From the NCBI GenBank assembly GCA_009103225.1, contig RHPI01002503.1:437562-501561 (forward strand): a stretch of 64,000 nt of DNA. Direction: 5' to 3'. The position numbers and the translations under genes are program-made. Positions 23,465-38,533 of this stretch are shown here, piece by piece. This stretch comes from Chlorokybus atmophyticus (lineage: Eukaryota; Plantae; Mesostigma and Chlorokybus algae). The stretch's first letter is position 1; every line of letters begins with the position of its first letter. The notes below the pieces were generated by a model. The model did no database searches. It saw only the letters and a program-made list of their open reading frames with translations, and was not told where the DNA came from.

Positions 23465-26400
23465 CTACAACACCACCCACGCTAGTGCAAATGCAATAGC
23501 ACTATACACGACAGCTGGCACCACCACTCCCTTGACAGCCGCGTCTGTCACCCCTTCTGAAGCCGGCGTGTTGCCGGTGACATTAACAATCTGATCACCT
23601 GTGGCCTCGACCAAGTGCGTGGTGCCCGCGTTGATCATCCATGACGACTTGGCAGCACTTGTCGAGTAGTCCTGCGAGTCGATGGTGGACACATACACCC
23701 AACCTGCCACTGCGCGCGACTTGTTCACATCGAGGACAAGGTACCCGCGGTCGACCAAGTTGACAAACTTGAGATGGGGGAGGAGGCTGTAAGCTGCAGG
23801 CTCGGCTGAGTTGAGAATGAAGTCCGTGAATGTGCTTTGCCTGCACAGAGAGACCAGATGAAAGGAGCTTGCCACTGAAATGAAAGAGAACGTGCACGTG
23901 CACGTGTGTAACACTTACTCTACTGGAATAAAAGGGGAGGTGACGGAGCTGCATACAAACTCCACAGCCAAAGAGCCCTCTCCGCTGGTTGCATTGTAGG
24001 CGGTGATATTGTTGTTGTCGTTTGGATCGGGTAGAGGCACATCAAATGCCCTATTAGAGCAGCATGTAAGGACTTATCACTTTCTCTTATAACATGAGTG
24101 CATGACAGCAGTTGTCTACATTACAGCCTCACCAGGTTGAATGGATGTCTCCAGTGAGAATGATGGTATTGTCGATATTGTTGTCCCTCAGAAATGTTAA
24201 GATGTCCCGGCGGTCAGCTGCAAGCAGGCAAGTTTGGGTATGCATACCAAGTCGCAAACAAACATGCAAACCAACAACATGCCACGTACTCGGGTATCCA
24301 TCCCACCAATCAACGCGAATGCTGAGAAGGCCCCCGGCATACTCTGGACGACCAGCTTGGTCGTTGGCAATGTTCTGCAGCACTTAAGTGTGAGACTGTA
24401 TGCATATCGTTGTAACTGTAACTTGAACAATGGCAAGTAACGTGCAGCTTGTGATGTGGTAACATTCGTTCCAAAATCGCATACACAGCAACGATTAAGT
24501 TTGGACAGGAAAGTATGGAGTGAGCGCCATGCATGCCTGTACACTCATGACTCAACTCAGAATCAGCAGCAAGTTTCACGCACCTCGACGGTTTGTCTGA
24601 TATTATCAGTCAGCTGCGCAAACACCACCTGTAACGCACGAGCGCGTGAGTGCTGGTCTTAACCAAGCATATGGCTGCTCGTTGTAAGTTAACAATATCT
24701 TCTTGCATTAAACAGATATCCAAGAACGTCCAACACACCCACCTGCTGGCCGATGATGCGCCATGTAGCGCCGCGATCGACGGATCCCTGAAGGTTGTCC
24801 AGAAGCCAGGCTTTCTGCTCGTCTCCCAATATGCGTGAGCTGCGCACCACATGTATCAGTACTGCAATGCCTAACAGGCAATGCCGAAGCCAAGCATGCA
24901 GGTGGGGAGAATGACTTTTGAAGTTGAGTTTCGTTGTTGAAGATCGGCTGCTGCGTGCGAGCCAGCAGGCGCGTGTCAAGCATCATCAGATCGATGAGGT
25001 TGCCAATCTGAAAGCGCTGATATATTCGGTCGTCGCTGTAGTTGTCCAATGGGTCCTGTGCCACATCGAGACTGTAATCTTTCCTAAATGATGAACAGTT
25101 GTCAACGATTTGAGTCGACTGCTCACAAAGAATTTGATTGTGTGGAGTCACCTCTGCCCTACCGTGCGCGATGGCAAGTACTCATGATGCGCACGGATGG
25201 CTGCAGCTTTGCGCACATCCCAAGGGCCTGCAGCCATCATACAATCAGCAGCCATAACCACACTATACTGGTAACCGCAGCGAGCAACAACACTGGTTGT
25301 TCTGATTGCAAGAAACTGTAAGCTGCACTCAAAGACAATTCATCCGTGCACACCTTCTGTTGCCGGCTGGTGGTTCGCTGCTCCGCAGCAGTAAGCATTA
25401 TCGGCAACGTCGTGATCATCCCAAATGATAATCATTGTGTAGTTGGCGCTCATGGCAATCAAATCGGAGTCCGACCTGTACTGCCTGTGCCGAATCCTGC
25501 AGCAGCCAGCAGTTTTGATAGGCACACAGATGCATGCATGAACATGATTGCGACTCAGCTGCAACTACGCACACCTGTAGCTGGACAAGTTGTATGCTTC
25601 CGCGTTGGGTGCCGGCACCCGGAATGGATCACTTGCCTCTCCATACTGTCCATTGGCATACTCATATATCTGCGAGACAATAACCACAGTCAACATGCAA
25701 TGCCAAGAATCGCTTACAAGAATGCACTGCCAGCACAACTCGTTGTTGCGTACCCAGTCACCAAGGTGGAGGACATAGTCAATGTCAGTACGCTGCGCTA
25801 TGTCCTGCCATACCGATACCAATAAGCATTGATATTGATAATAAGAAACTCCATTGCTTATCAAGGCCACACCTTATACACGTTGAAGTAACCGAACGGC
25901 ATGTTGGAGCAGGAAACCACAGCAAAGCGGGCTGAGTCGACGTCCGCGTCAGCAGGTGGCAGCGTGCGCGCGCGGCCGACTATGGACTCATCACTGCCGA
26001 CGCTAAACTGGTAGTAGTAAGTTTGGTTTGGGGAGAGCCCGCTGGCATTTATCTGAGCACCAGTTACAATGACAAATGTTGACTGCAATACACGGGGAAT
26101 GCTGCAATTCACCACACAATCCTCTAACCACTGAACTCACCTTCACAGTGTAGTCGACATTGGCATTGGTGGTTGTACTGCCTGTCATTACAGGACTCGC
26201 AAGCGTGTCTGATGTGCTAACAGTGTAGTTGACTGCAATGCTGCCTGTTCGCCCTGTCGAAGAGAATGCTGAATCATGTCAAGGGTGCGCACTCTACCGT
26301 TTTTGCCAATACAATACCATATGCACGCGTGCGCAAGTACCAATTGTGTTGTTGGGCTGTACACGAGTCCACAGTATTACGCTGGTCTGCTGTGGATCAC

Positions 26401-26897
26401 CACTTGCTACGCCCTGTCAGCAAGAACCAACTCAATTCAGCTATGTGTTGGGGATAATCACGCATGAGAGAGGCAAGGACATCCTTCTGCGTGCATGCCT
26501 GTGGGAAAGGCTGGCCTGCGTTGAACACGAAGTCATCAACTTGAGCGGTGCCGCCAGCTTGAAGCAACCCCCTTCGGCCCCCACTGTGTGCATGACACCA
26601 AGATATGCTCAATACAGTAGTAGTTACAGTGCGCAGTGAATGAGCAAGTTAGATTTGATATGTATAAGTGAGTGCGTGCGTGCGTTTATAAGTGAGTGCG
26701 TGCGTGTCACCAATAATGCAGCTGCATGTGCTGCATTGGTCCGCTTACGCTGTGCTGGAGGCCGCCAGCTCTGGTCGGCGTGCTGGCCATGGGGACGCAA
26801 AGGCCAGGTTGGGTGTGAGAGGGTGGCATGCTGCTTGGCCAATGCTGCACACGATGAGCGCAGCCAAGTACACAGAAAGCCAACCCCGGCCGTTCAT
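23465..26897 (-). CDS. phoD: PhoD-family alkaline phosphatase, paralogue 2
   Basis: Same exon structure as paralogue 1: MNGRGWLSVYLAALIVCSIGQAAC..., GVASGDPQQTSVILWTRV, DYVLHLGDW|IYEY, IIWDDHDVADN, ILTGDIHSTW; ends VVVPAVVYSAIAFALAWVVL*. No in-frame stops found. Confidence 0.92.
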
Positions 26898-29100
26898 TGC
26901 AGAGTAAACACCACACGAATTGGAATGCGCTTCAATCTTCTAACTTCATGCGAACTGCACGGAGCATGCAATAAGTCTGCGACCACAACTTGCACGCAAT
27001 GCTTGCTTCATTTCACACCATAGTGCCTATCACCAGCGAGCATGCAATGCCTAGCTGTCCATCATTCAACAGCCAACACATCCACGTAGCGTAACAACAA
27101 CAACCACGCCGTCCAAGCGTCTCCCAGTGGCGCAAATGCAAGCTCACCACCAGTCAGCTAGCGCACAGGCAGAGATAGAGGCAGACGCTACCACGACCGC
27201 CTACACTACAATGCTGTCAGCCAGGGCTAGCGCTACGTGCATGCGACCATACAGCGAGATGTCTAGGGCGACCACCGCCGCTGCCGCCGCCGCCGCAGCT
27301 GGAGACTGCTACCACAAGGTCACGTCAGCACTGATTACTTTAAGGCTCAGCTTGGAGGCCAAAAGAGGGAGAATCTGACTGCATGCACAGTGAGAGAGTG
27401 TAAAAGTCTCCTGCGCACATGCACAAAGAGTCACTATGAGAGTCACTGTCAGTAAGATTCACGAATCTCATAGGTAGCTAGTCATGCCGGCAGGCTGAGT
27501 TCGATGCATGCTTCGCATTGGATTAGCGGGCACACTGGCATAACATAGGTAGGTACCTACCTACCTACCTACCTACGTACGTACCTACCTTCCTACCTGT
27601 TGTGCTGGAATCCACTGGGTAGCAAAACAGGTGCTGACTATTAGGCCAATTGTACTTCTCACTCAGTAGTGTCACACTACTAGTGTGCAAGTTGAGAGTT
27701 GAAGTATTATGGTAAAAGCATGTGTAAATCATTCATTGCAAACATATAGTATATTATTGGTTCAAGCCATAAGCTCGCCGAATTGATAAACTTGCACTCG
27801 CGCTTGATACATAAAATATATAATATGCTTATGCTTATCATAATCATTAAACGAAAAGGATGATAAGAGCCATAGATGTGATAGGATATCAGTTCAATAG
27901 ATCACTTTTCGCTTACATGTAATAATTGTGAATGTTTACAATAATGTCCAATGCTATAAGATGGTGCTTCAACCATGGAGGTATGACAACAAATGCCGTT
28001 GCCTTCCGAAGAGTTACATCTTTAAAATACGTCATCACTACATGTGTTACAGCTATTTGAATACTAGGAACTTTAAGCAAGTAACTATGAAAGAACATGT
28101 TTCTCTTCTATTGAAACAATCGAGCGGGTACCTCAATGGCAGCCCATGGCCTCTATGCCACTGGCTGCCACCCGCTTGTCCAACCCTGGCGACGAGAGCC
28201 TTTTGCCTTTGCCTTGTGGATGGACGTCACTCGCATTTTACATTGACATCAACGATAAGTGCATGATGCGCGGGAAAACGATGCTTATGTTGCCATTCCG
28301 CTTGCCATTAACAGCATTGTCGCATTGACTTTTGTCATCTTCAATTTGACAACGCCGCTACGGCAGTAGATTGATGGTCATGCAAGGAAAGAGCCGACGT
28401 GCTTGTGAATCAAGTTGTGACAGGGTAAGGTGCCCTAACTCCGGACATTTTGCAAATCCGAACACTTCCTACTGCTGGCGTATTAACTTCCAAGTTTGGC
28501 GTTCGAATGGAATGAAACTTGGTGAGGGCCTTCCTAGCGCCCTCTTGATTCTGCCCGCCGAGAATCAGCCCCGTTGGTTAAGATTAAGGGCGCCAAACTC
28601 TAACAGTTTGATTATTATTTATAAACGTGCAATGATGGTTAACTTAACTTTGAGTGCTTCAAAATAGTGATTGGATTGGCCAATGGCAATGTATTTTGGT
28701 GAGCATGTGGGGCTCAAGATGAAGAATCCAATGCGCCAAACTTAGTCAAATTCCAGATTGAATTGCTTTAATTATGAGGTTTTAACCAAAATTCAACGTA
28801 ACGCATCATGCTTTATGGGTTGCGCATGATGCGCAACCAAGAAAATTGGGACTTTGTGTATGTTTGAGTGTTTTGCGTAGGAGTTGCATTGTGGCGTATG
28901 TATGTGTGATGTAGATGAGTGAATTGCGTTGCTGAGGCATTGGGGAGTGTGTTTGCAGTGTGGTGTGGTGTGGCTTAGGTTGAGGTTGTGGCTCACGGGA
29001 AAGGGGTGGGGGGTGGGGGGGGGGGGGGCAACATGCATACGCGGGGCAGCCAGAGCTGTGGGCAGACAACAATTCAAGCGTAAGTTGTATTACACTCGTT

Positions 29101-29290
29101 GTCTCGAAGCTATGCGTGCAACCAACTACTGTGCATACACATATGTCCTCAGAGTGTTACCTCATCCTTGGGCATTTGTTTGAGTGGGTTCATGTTTGAG
29201 AAGGTTCACGTTGTCTCTAAGCTATGCATGCAACCAATTACTGAGCATACACATATGCCCTCAGAGTGTTAAATCATCCTTGGGCATTTG
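29101..29290. repeat. Diverged direct repeat (~75 bp, period ~112) in the transposon 5' region
   Basis: GTCTC.AAGCTATGC.TGCAACCAA.TACTG.GCATACACATATG.CCTCAGAGTGTTA..TCATCCTTGGGCATTTGT at 29101 and 29213. Confidence 0.8.
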
Positions 29291-29297
29291 TGCGCAG

Positions 29298-32092
<2,795 letters not shown>

Positions 32093-35052
32093 GCAGCATC
32101 AGCACTACATGTGGCTAACACAGAATGCGCACACCTTCAACAGCCAACTGCCGTTCTAGACTTGAGCCTAGCGGACGTGCAATACATCATTACTTGTGAC
32201 CATGCATGCATACATGCCTAACCCTACGGCACTTACCCATCATCCATGTCCTACAATCACCGCCACGCCCTCCTGCCTTGCTTGCAACATCATCCCCACT
32301 TTCGCCATGCACTTTCCCGCCACCCCCGCCGCCATGAGGCTCACAGGTCTTACCAACACACAGCCAAAACAGGCTGTCAGCAGTTACAACCAGCCATTTT
32401 TTGCAGCCCGTCAGCACACATGGGTCTTTGACCCGTCATTGCTGACAGCACACTAGGCCAAAAAATGCAGTCTTAATGGCATCCAATTGCCCCTTTGAAC
32501 ACCCATTAAAATTTACACATCAACTCCCATCACACACTTAGCAGCATGCTTATCCGTAAAAAGTGTCCGGAATAATCCACACTTACCCTAGTCTATCTAC
32601 AACAGATGAGCATCTTGTTCCCCTCGTCAATTTTGATCAGTCAGGTTTACGATTGGCCTGGCTTACTGCCGCTTGGGGATGAAAAAGCATTGTAATTTTT
32701 GTGGTCATTGCAGGCGCCAATGTCAGCGAGCGGACGGCGAATTCGTTTGCCGCGCAGACCGCATTTGGAGGTGACGCTCGCAGATCGGACGCTTGTCGCG
32801 CGTTGTGACGCATGTAACTTTGACTCGTTAGGCACCCCTTGTTGGGGTCGCAAATTGCCCACTTGAACGCGCATTATCGGAAACCTCACACGCATCCCAA
32901 CGGCCTTGGTCCAAGTGTCGCTCATCTATCCAACGGCTTTGTAGGCGGCCGCGTTAGTGGTTGGTTGCAATGTATCGTGGCCGCCCGTGGGATTCAGTAG
33001 ATTAAGGCGTTGCATGATGCGGCTTGTGGCGCATGATTATAGCGAAAGATTAAAATGACAAATAATTTGCAAAAGTGAGTGTGGGTTGTAATGTACGTGT
33101 CTCTACAATAATAGACTACACATACCCATATATAGTATATGATGTACGTTATATGCATATAAATATCCCAATTGATTTGGTATGATATACTTTAAACCAA
33201 AGTAAACTGATCACATACATGGTTATATGTATCATAGAGAATGCAGACTTTGTATCTATATATACAGTGTATGTAAACATTAGTAATTATGCAATAATCT
33301 ACATACATATTTGTTAGCAATGCATACACTTGCGCATATGATTGTATGTATTATTGTCAGTAATAGTATATGGATTGCAGATGAGGTATATTTGTGTATG
33401 ATCTTATGCGAATATCTATAAATGAGTAATAATGTATACACAAATTTCTGTATGCTATGCACATATAATTACGCATATATATACCTGTATATCTGGTGCA
33501 AATTATTGTTTTGCAAATCGTGATACACCTATGACGCGGATGTGGTAACAATGGCTCGAATGTAATCAATGAGGTTCCAACGGTGAACGCTAATATTTTG
33601 CCACTAGCCAATCAGAGGCTGGCGTTGCATCGGTCAGTCTGAGTCCACCGATCATGGTCGTTTAACCGCCGACCGTAGCAACTGACAGGGCTTGCAGTGA
33701 CCATCACTTCTGGTTAACATTCATATGATAAGCTGGAACGGATTGTGAGCGCTGAAGCTATCTAACTCCCTACCGCCCTCGACTACTACTACTGTCGCAC
33801 ATACACAGGACCAAATTGTGCATTTGAGTGCATAGCAGACATCAGAGCTGCGCGAAGCACGCTCTGTGGGTAGACGTGCTTGCCAGCAAACAATGCAAAC
33901 AATGCAAGTAACAGTGCGAGTACAATCAGCAAGGCGACAATCAATGAGGCGGGGGGCCCAAGCGAAGTTTTACATCTTAGACTTACAGACTCAAGACCCT
34001 AGACCAACACTCTAGGACCCTCAAGCAGCACAGTGCAGGGGCAAGCGGGCAAGTGTGCAGTTGGGGACAATCCGCAGTACGCAGGAGAGAGACAGAGGGT
34101 GGAGTCAGTCCGGGTGGTCTGGCAGAGCAGGGGCATGCACGACGATGACGCTGACTGCAACAACTGCTTGGCCCCCCGCTCCCACAAGGCCGCCGCCAGC
34201 CTTGAAGTATGCTGCACAGGTCCTACAAGACTCGGGACTTCTGAGCCCGCAACGCCTGCTCAGAACATGCTTAAGACCTGAGAGTCATGTTAGCCCAAGT
34301 GTCCATTGGGTGTGAATGACAATCACTTTATGCCATATCAGTTACATTGCTACAACGAGGACTCAGATGCGAGCACTCACATGCAGTCCACACAGCATGC
34401 AATATGCATTGCAAGTAGCCCCCGACGTACAGGGGCATGCTTGTTTGCTTTGTGTGTTGATGTAAGCCACAAGTTAAGTACACTCTTGTGTGGTTTATGC
34501 GGAGCGTACAAACCTATCATCATCGTCTCAACACATCCGCAACAAGGGAGTGCTGCAGCACATGCATGACATGACTGCTGGTGCGTGATACCGTGCAATT
34601 GACGAAACCTTGAAGTGGGGCAGTCACAGCAGCAACGGCCATTGCTGGTCGAAGGTTTTGCGAGTGGCGGCGGCGGGAGGAGACGGGAGGGAGGAGGGCG
34701 GGGGAGTCCACATCGCCGTTGCTGCTGTGTTGACTGCTACTAACAACAGCCCCTATGGGCAGGCAATTACTGCGACTGCTGCTCAGCGTAGTGTAGGTGG
34801 TAGCTGAGGTAGTAGAACAAGTGAGCCCGGTGGTCAATGTTGCAATAGTTGGGGCCTGCCTGTATGCTATGCGCTGATCAACTATCTGCGTGTCATGGCA
34901 TTGGCATACGCACACCTCATTTCCTGTACAATGCCACATGCGAGGTGGTGCCTTGGCAAAGAGACTTTCAGACAACAATTGTTGCCAATTGCATGCACAT
35001 GCAGATGCTGTGCTGTGACAAGCAGGAACCCATACCGCCAGAATCTCATGCG

Positions 35053-36263
35053 CTACATCATGATTGCTGTTCCTACACCGGATTGTTCTCCTGTCCTAGC
35101 CTTCCAAGCTGCTGCATGTGCAGCCAGATTGCGCCATTTGGTCCTGCGCTCGCCATCACGCTTTGCAACAGCTGCTTTCTTCCGCCTTATCTGCCATTTG
35201 ACTTGTTTCTGCAGTATAAATACCATATCAGACAACAGCTCGCAGCAGAATTACGATGCACACAAATGCAGATGTCTGCTTGAGCAACAACATCTCTGTT
35301 GTTATTTTCCACATGGGCTCAGCAGTGAAATCGGGAACAACATCACTGCATGCACCATCACTTTCACACCCAAGCAAGTAGCTGCAAGCATGCCCTTGCC
35401 TCTTTGAACAACTGCCGTTGACGCATGCGCTTCTTTTGCTTGGCACCAGGAACGCGCAGCTTCTTTGACTTCGGCCGCTGCTTAACAGGCCGCTTTGCAG
35501 TCTGTAGCGCACCTTCTTCAAGTTCACCTGCGGCGTCTGAGCCTGCAAACGCCAGGCAGACTTCCCTTAGCAAAAAGACAATCAATACAAGTTGGCCTCA
35601 TCGAGTTGTACCAGAGATGCCAGCACGCATGTTTCCGCATTTACAACATTGGCCACCTGTGCAAGATTGTATGCTGCTAGCGTTGTTGTTGACAATGCAT
35701 GCTCTGGGCCAGCCAGCCAGCCAGCCAACAACCATGGCTACAGGTAGGTAAATTGCTTGTGTAACAGCTCTGCTGCTCTGAATCAAGTATTCATGGACAT
35801 GCAGACAAGATGCATGTGGTATTAACCAGCTCGCACAGGAATGCCTCACACTGCAAACAAATCTACGCCAATGATGTAACCGTAGCACAGATCTTAGTGG
35901 AAGCTTTGAGATAAAACAACCATCATCATGAGAAAGGCAGATGACGAGGTGACGAGGTGCAACATGAAGAATGCATGTTGGACCCTCAGTGGTTAAACAT
36001 GGCAGGCTCAACAATGTACCTGATGTGCTAGTTGAAAGCGAGGACAGAAGCCGCGCTGCGACAGGGTATAGGCATCCTGAAGGCAATGTGGTTGAAGTCA
36101 ATTGAGCCCGAGTTAATGCGCTGGAGCAGCACGCGGCGGCATGCGCAGGCTGCGACGCCACCGCCCACAGCTGTTCACAGCTGCGCCCAGCGCCACGAGC
36201 GACACCTCTCCGCGCTGCCGCCCCTAGCAGAGACACGAGCCCACCAGCTGCCCTCCTCGCCAT
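35053..36263 (-). CDS. Hypothetical 180-aa protein with transit-peptide-like N-terminus and very basic C-terminal half (possibly mitochondrial)
   Basis: Exons 36263-36020, 35542-35400 and 35208-35053 are phase-consistent (second intron GC-AG): MARRAAGGLVSLLGAAARRG...RLLSSLSTSTS|GSDAAG...KQKKRMRQRQLFKE|KQVKWQIRRKKAAVAKRDGERRTKWRNLAAHAAAWKAR...*. No family recognised. Confidence 0.55.
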
Positions 36264-36522
36264 GCCGCCACGAACGCCGCCGCCGCCACTGCCACCGCCA
36301 CCAGCAATGTCGCCGACCACTCCAAGGCGAAGAACCAAACCGGACCGGCAAACCGTGCTCTGTTTCGGGCTTACGGACCCAGATCCGCCAAGCGCCATAG
36401 CCGTTCTGTGCGTAAGTTCAAAATGTACAAAACTCTCAAGCCCTAATTTGTTGTCTCATCTCATCGGTGACGGCGGTGGTGTTGTCGGTGTTGGCGGCAG
36501 GGTCGTTGTAGGCGTGGGGACG

Positions 36523-38434
36523 ATGGGGAGGCTGAAGCTGAACGTCAGTGAGATGTCTCCGCGGGTGGACGGAGCGTCCCCCGCCGCCGTACGTAGAAGC
36601 GTACGGCGGTCCCTGTCCACCACCCGCAGCTCCAAGGCGGCATTGCCGCTCAAGCAAAGAGCGGTGCAGCAAGTGAGTGAGTGACTAGCTTGGAAACGAA
36701 CAAGGATATTGATAGAGTATTGTGGCTTATGCATATGAAATGTTTTACAAGATGGACGCGTCAGTCACAATGTACACACTTCAGCTGTGCAGTTGCTGCG
36801 GCGTATTTTGTAGCAGGTACTTTTTTTTAACAGCTGTCGAGCGTTAAACCGCTGCAAGACAAACTGCTCCTGTTATATGCACGTCAATTGCCACTCAGCA
36901 ACAACATACAGCAATTACCAGCACTACTCTTTGTTCGGCTATTGCATTGCACCTTACACATGCGTTGGGCACTCACATACAGCGTAAACGGCTTTACATA
37001 ACAACACACGCGCACGCATATACACAAAGCAATACCCGTCTGCGCAGACAGTGCAGGATCTGGCCGCCCTTCGACTCCGCGCCTTGCTTTCCCACTCTCT
37101 GCGTCTGCTGCGCTGGCTGGCAGTCGGTGTGAGGGGGGCGATGCGCGCAGCACTGGCTCTATGCACCGCCGCGCGCGCGTGGGGCGCCTCCGCCCATCCG
37201 CTGGGGCTCTTGCGCGGCTTTCTTGGGAGACTGATCAATATAAGACTCAAACACCTGTTTTCAGCACGCCCCGGACTCAACGCTGGTGAGTGAATGGACG
37301 TTAGTATCAGATGTGAGTATGTTGGGGGCGTATACGAGTGAGTGTGTAACATGTTTCTACACGTTTGTATCACAGGTGGGGACTATAGTGTGGGTTTCTT
37401 GTTTGGGATGGTGAAGGTGAGCACGCAGTGGCATTGTTCGGCCAGCGTTGGCGTGCCGTTCTCGTCATTCATTGGCGTCAACGCGGGTGATGAAGGCGAG
37501 AAGGCCGAGCACACTGCCAACACCGCAATACACGATGACAATGATGTTGGCGACCACAACCACGAGAGAGACATTCCGGCTACCAGCTGGCGCCGCAGCA
37601 GCATCACGCCCCCGCAGCACTCCGCGCGCATATCCGTTGTGAGTGAAGTCAGCGGAAGCGAGTCGTGCGACGATGAAGAGGACGACAACGAGGCGGACAC
37701 GCGCTACGCCAACATGCGCGGCTCTCGCCAGATGCTCGTTGGGGAGATGCATGCTGCTGATGCACTGGCTGCCACAGAATCTGCTCTCCTGCGTGCGCAC
37801 ACGGTACAAAGCAGGAAACCCCTTGACTTGAACGAGCCTGCCAGCGGGATCAAACCGCTCACGACGTCACGCCATAGGCTATCGCCGGACATGCTCCCGC
37901 TGGATGTGCTGTCGCATCGCGCACCCAACATACTTACCGCGCGCTCCCTGATGGTGAGATGCACTATACTAATTTTCGAATCTTGTGTTTACGGGATGCC
38001 GCATGTATTTCACAACCTTGGTCTGCATCAGCAGACTCAGCAGCCATGGCAGCTTACAGCTCGCATCGTAGCTTAGAAGTTGCACTCACATGCGCTGTAT
38101 TGTTTGGTGGCAGGCAACTGTCGTCAAGCAAAGTTCCGTTTCGGAGCAGCAGCGCTCCTCGTGGGCGGACGCGTTGAGTGACGCCTGCTGCGAGGTGGAA
38201 GGCCCCGCGGGCGACGACTCGGATGCTTCGTGCAGCAGCCCAAGAGACAACAACAAACACAACAACATCAACACCAAGATGCGGATCTCTGTCTCCTCCT
38301 CCTGCGCGTCCAAACACGACCAACCAACACCTGCCACGCGAAGAAAGGCCGGCGGGGCTGCTGGAAGCAGGGAGTGGGCAGCGAGGGATGCAGAAGCGCG
38401 GGGAAAGGAGAACCGAGAGTTCGTGTTTGAGTAA
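36523..38434 (+). CDS. Hypothetical ~425-aa, largely low-complexity protein
   Basis: Exons 36523-36672, 37057-37285, 37376-37953 and 38114-38434 have canonical GT-AG boundaries and join in frame (1278 nt). Ser/Asp/Arg-rich; no domain recognised. Confidence 0.55.
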
Positions 38435-38533
38435 AGCCGTGTGTCTGTGCAGTGGGTCACGTGAATCAATTCAGTTCAGCTTGTGGTCGTGTGGACAGGA
38501 GCCACACAAGAGTGTGGTTTGTGTATGTGTGTT

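Noticed and set aside
34040-34800. Possible gene or selenoprotein (in-frame TGA near 34265) on the minus strand
   Set aside because: No frame gave a recognisable protein or redox motif, and I found no SECIS-like structure.
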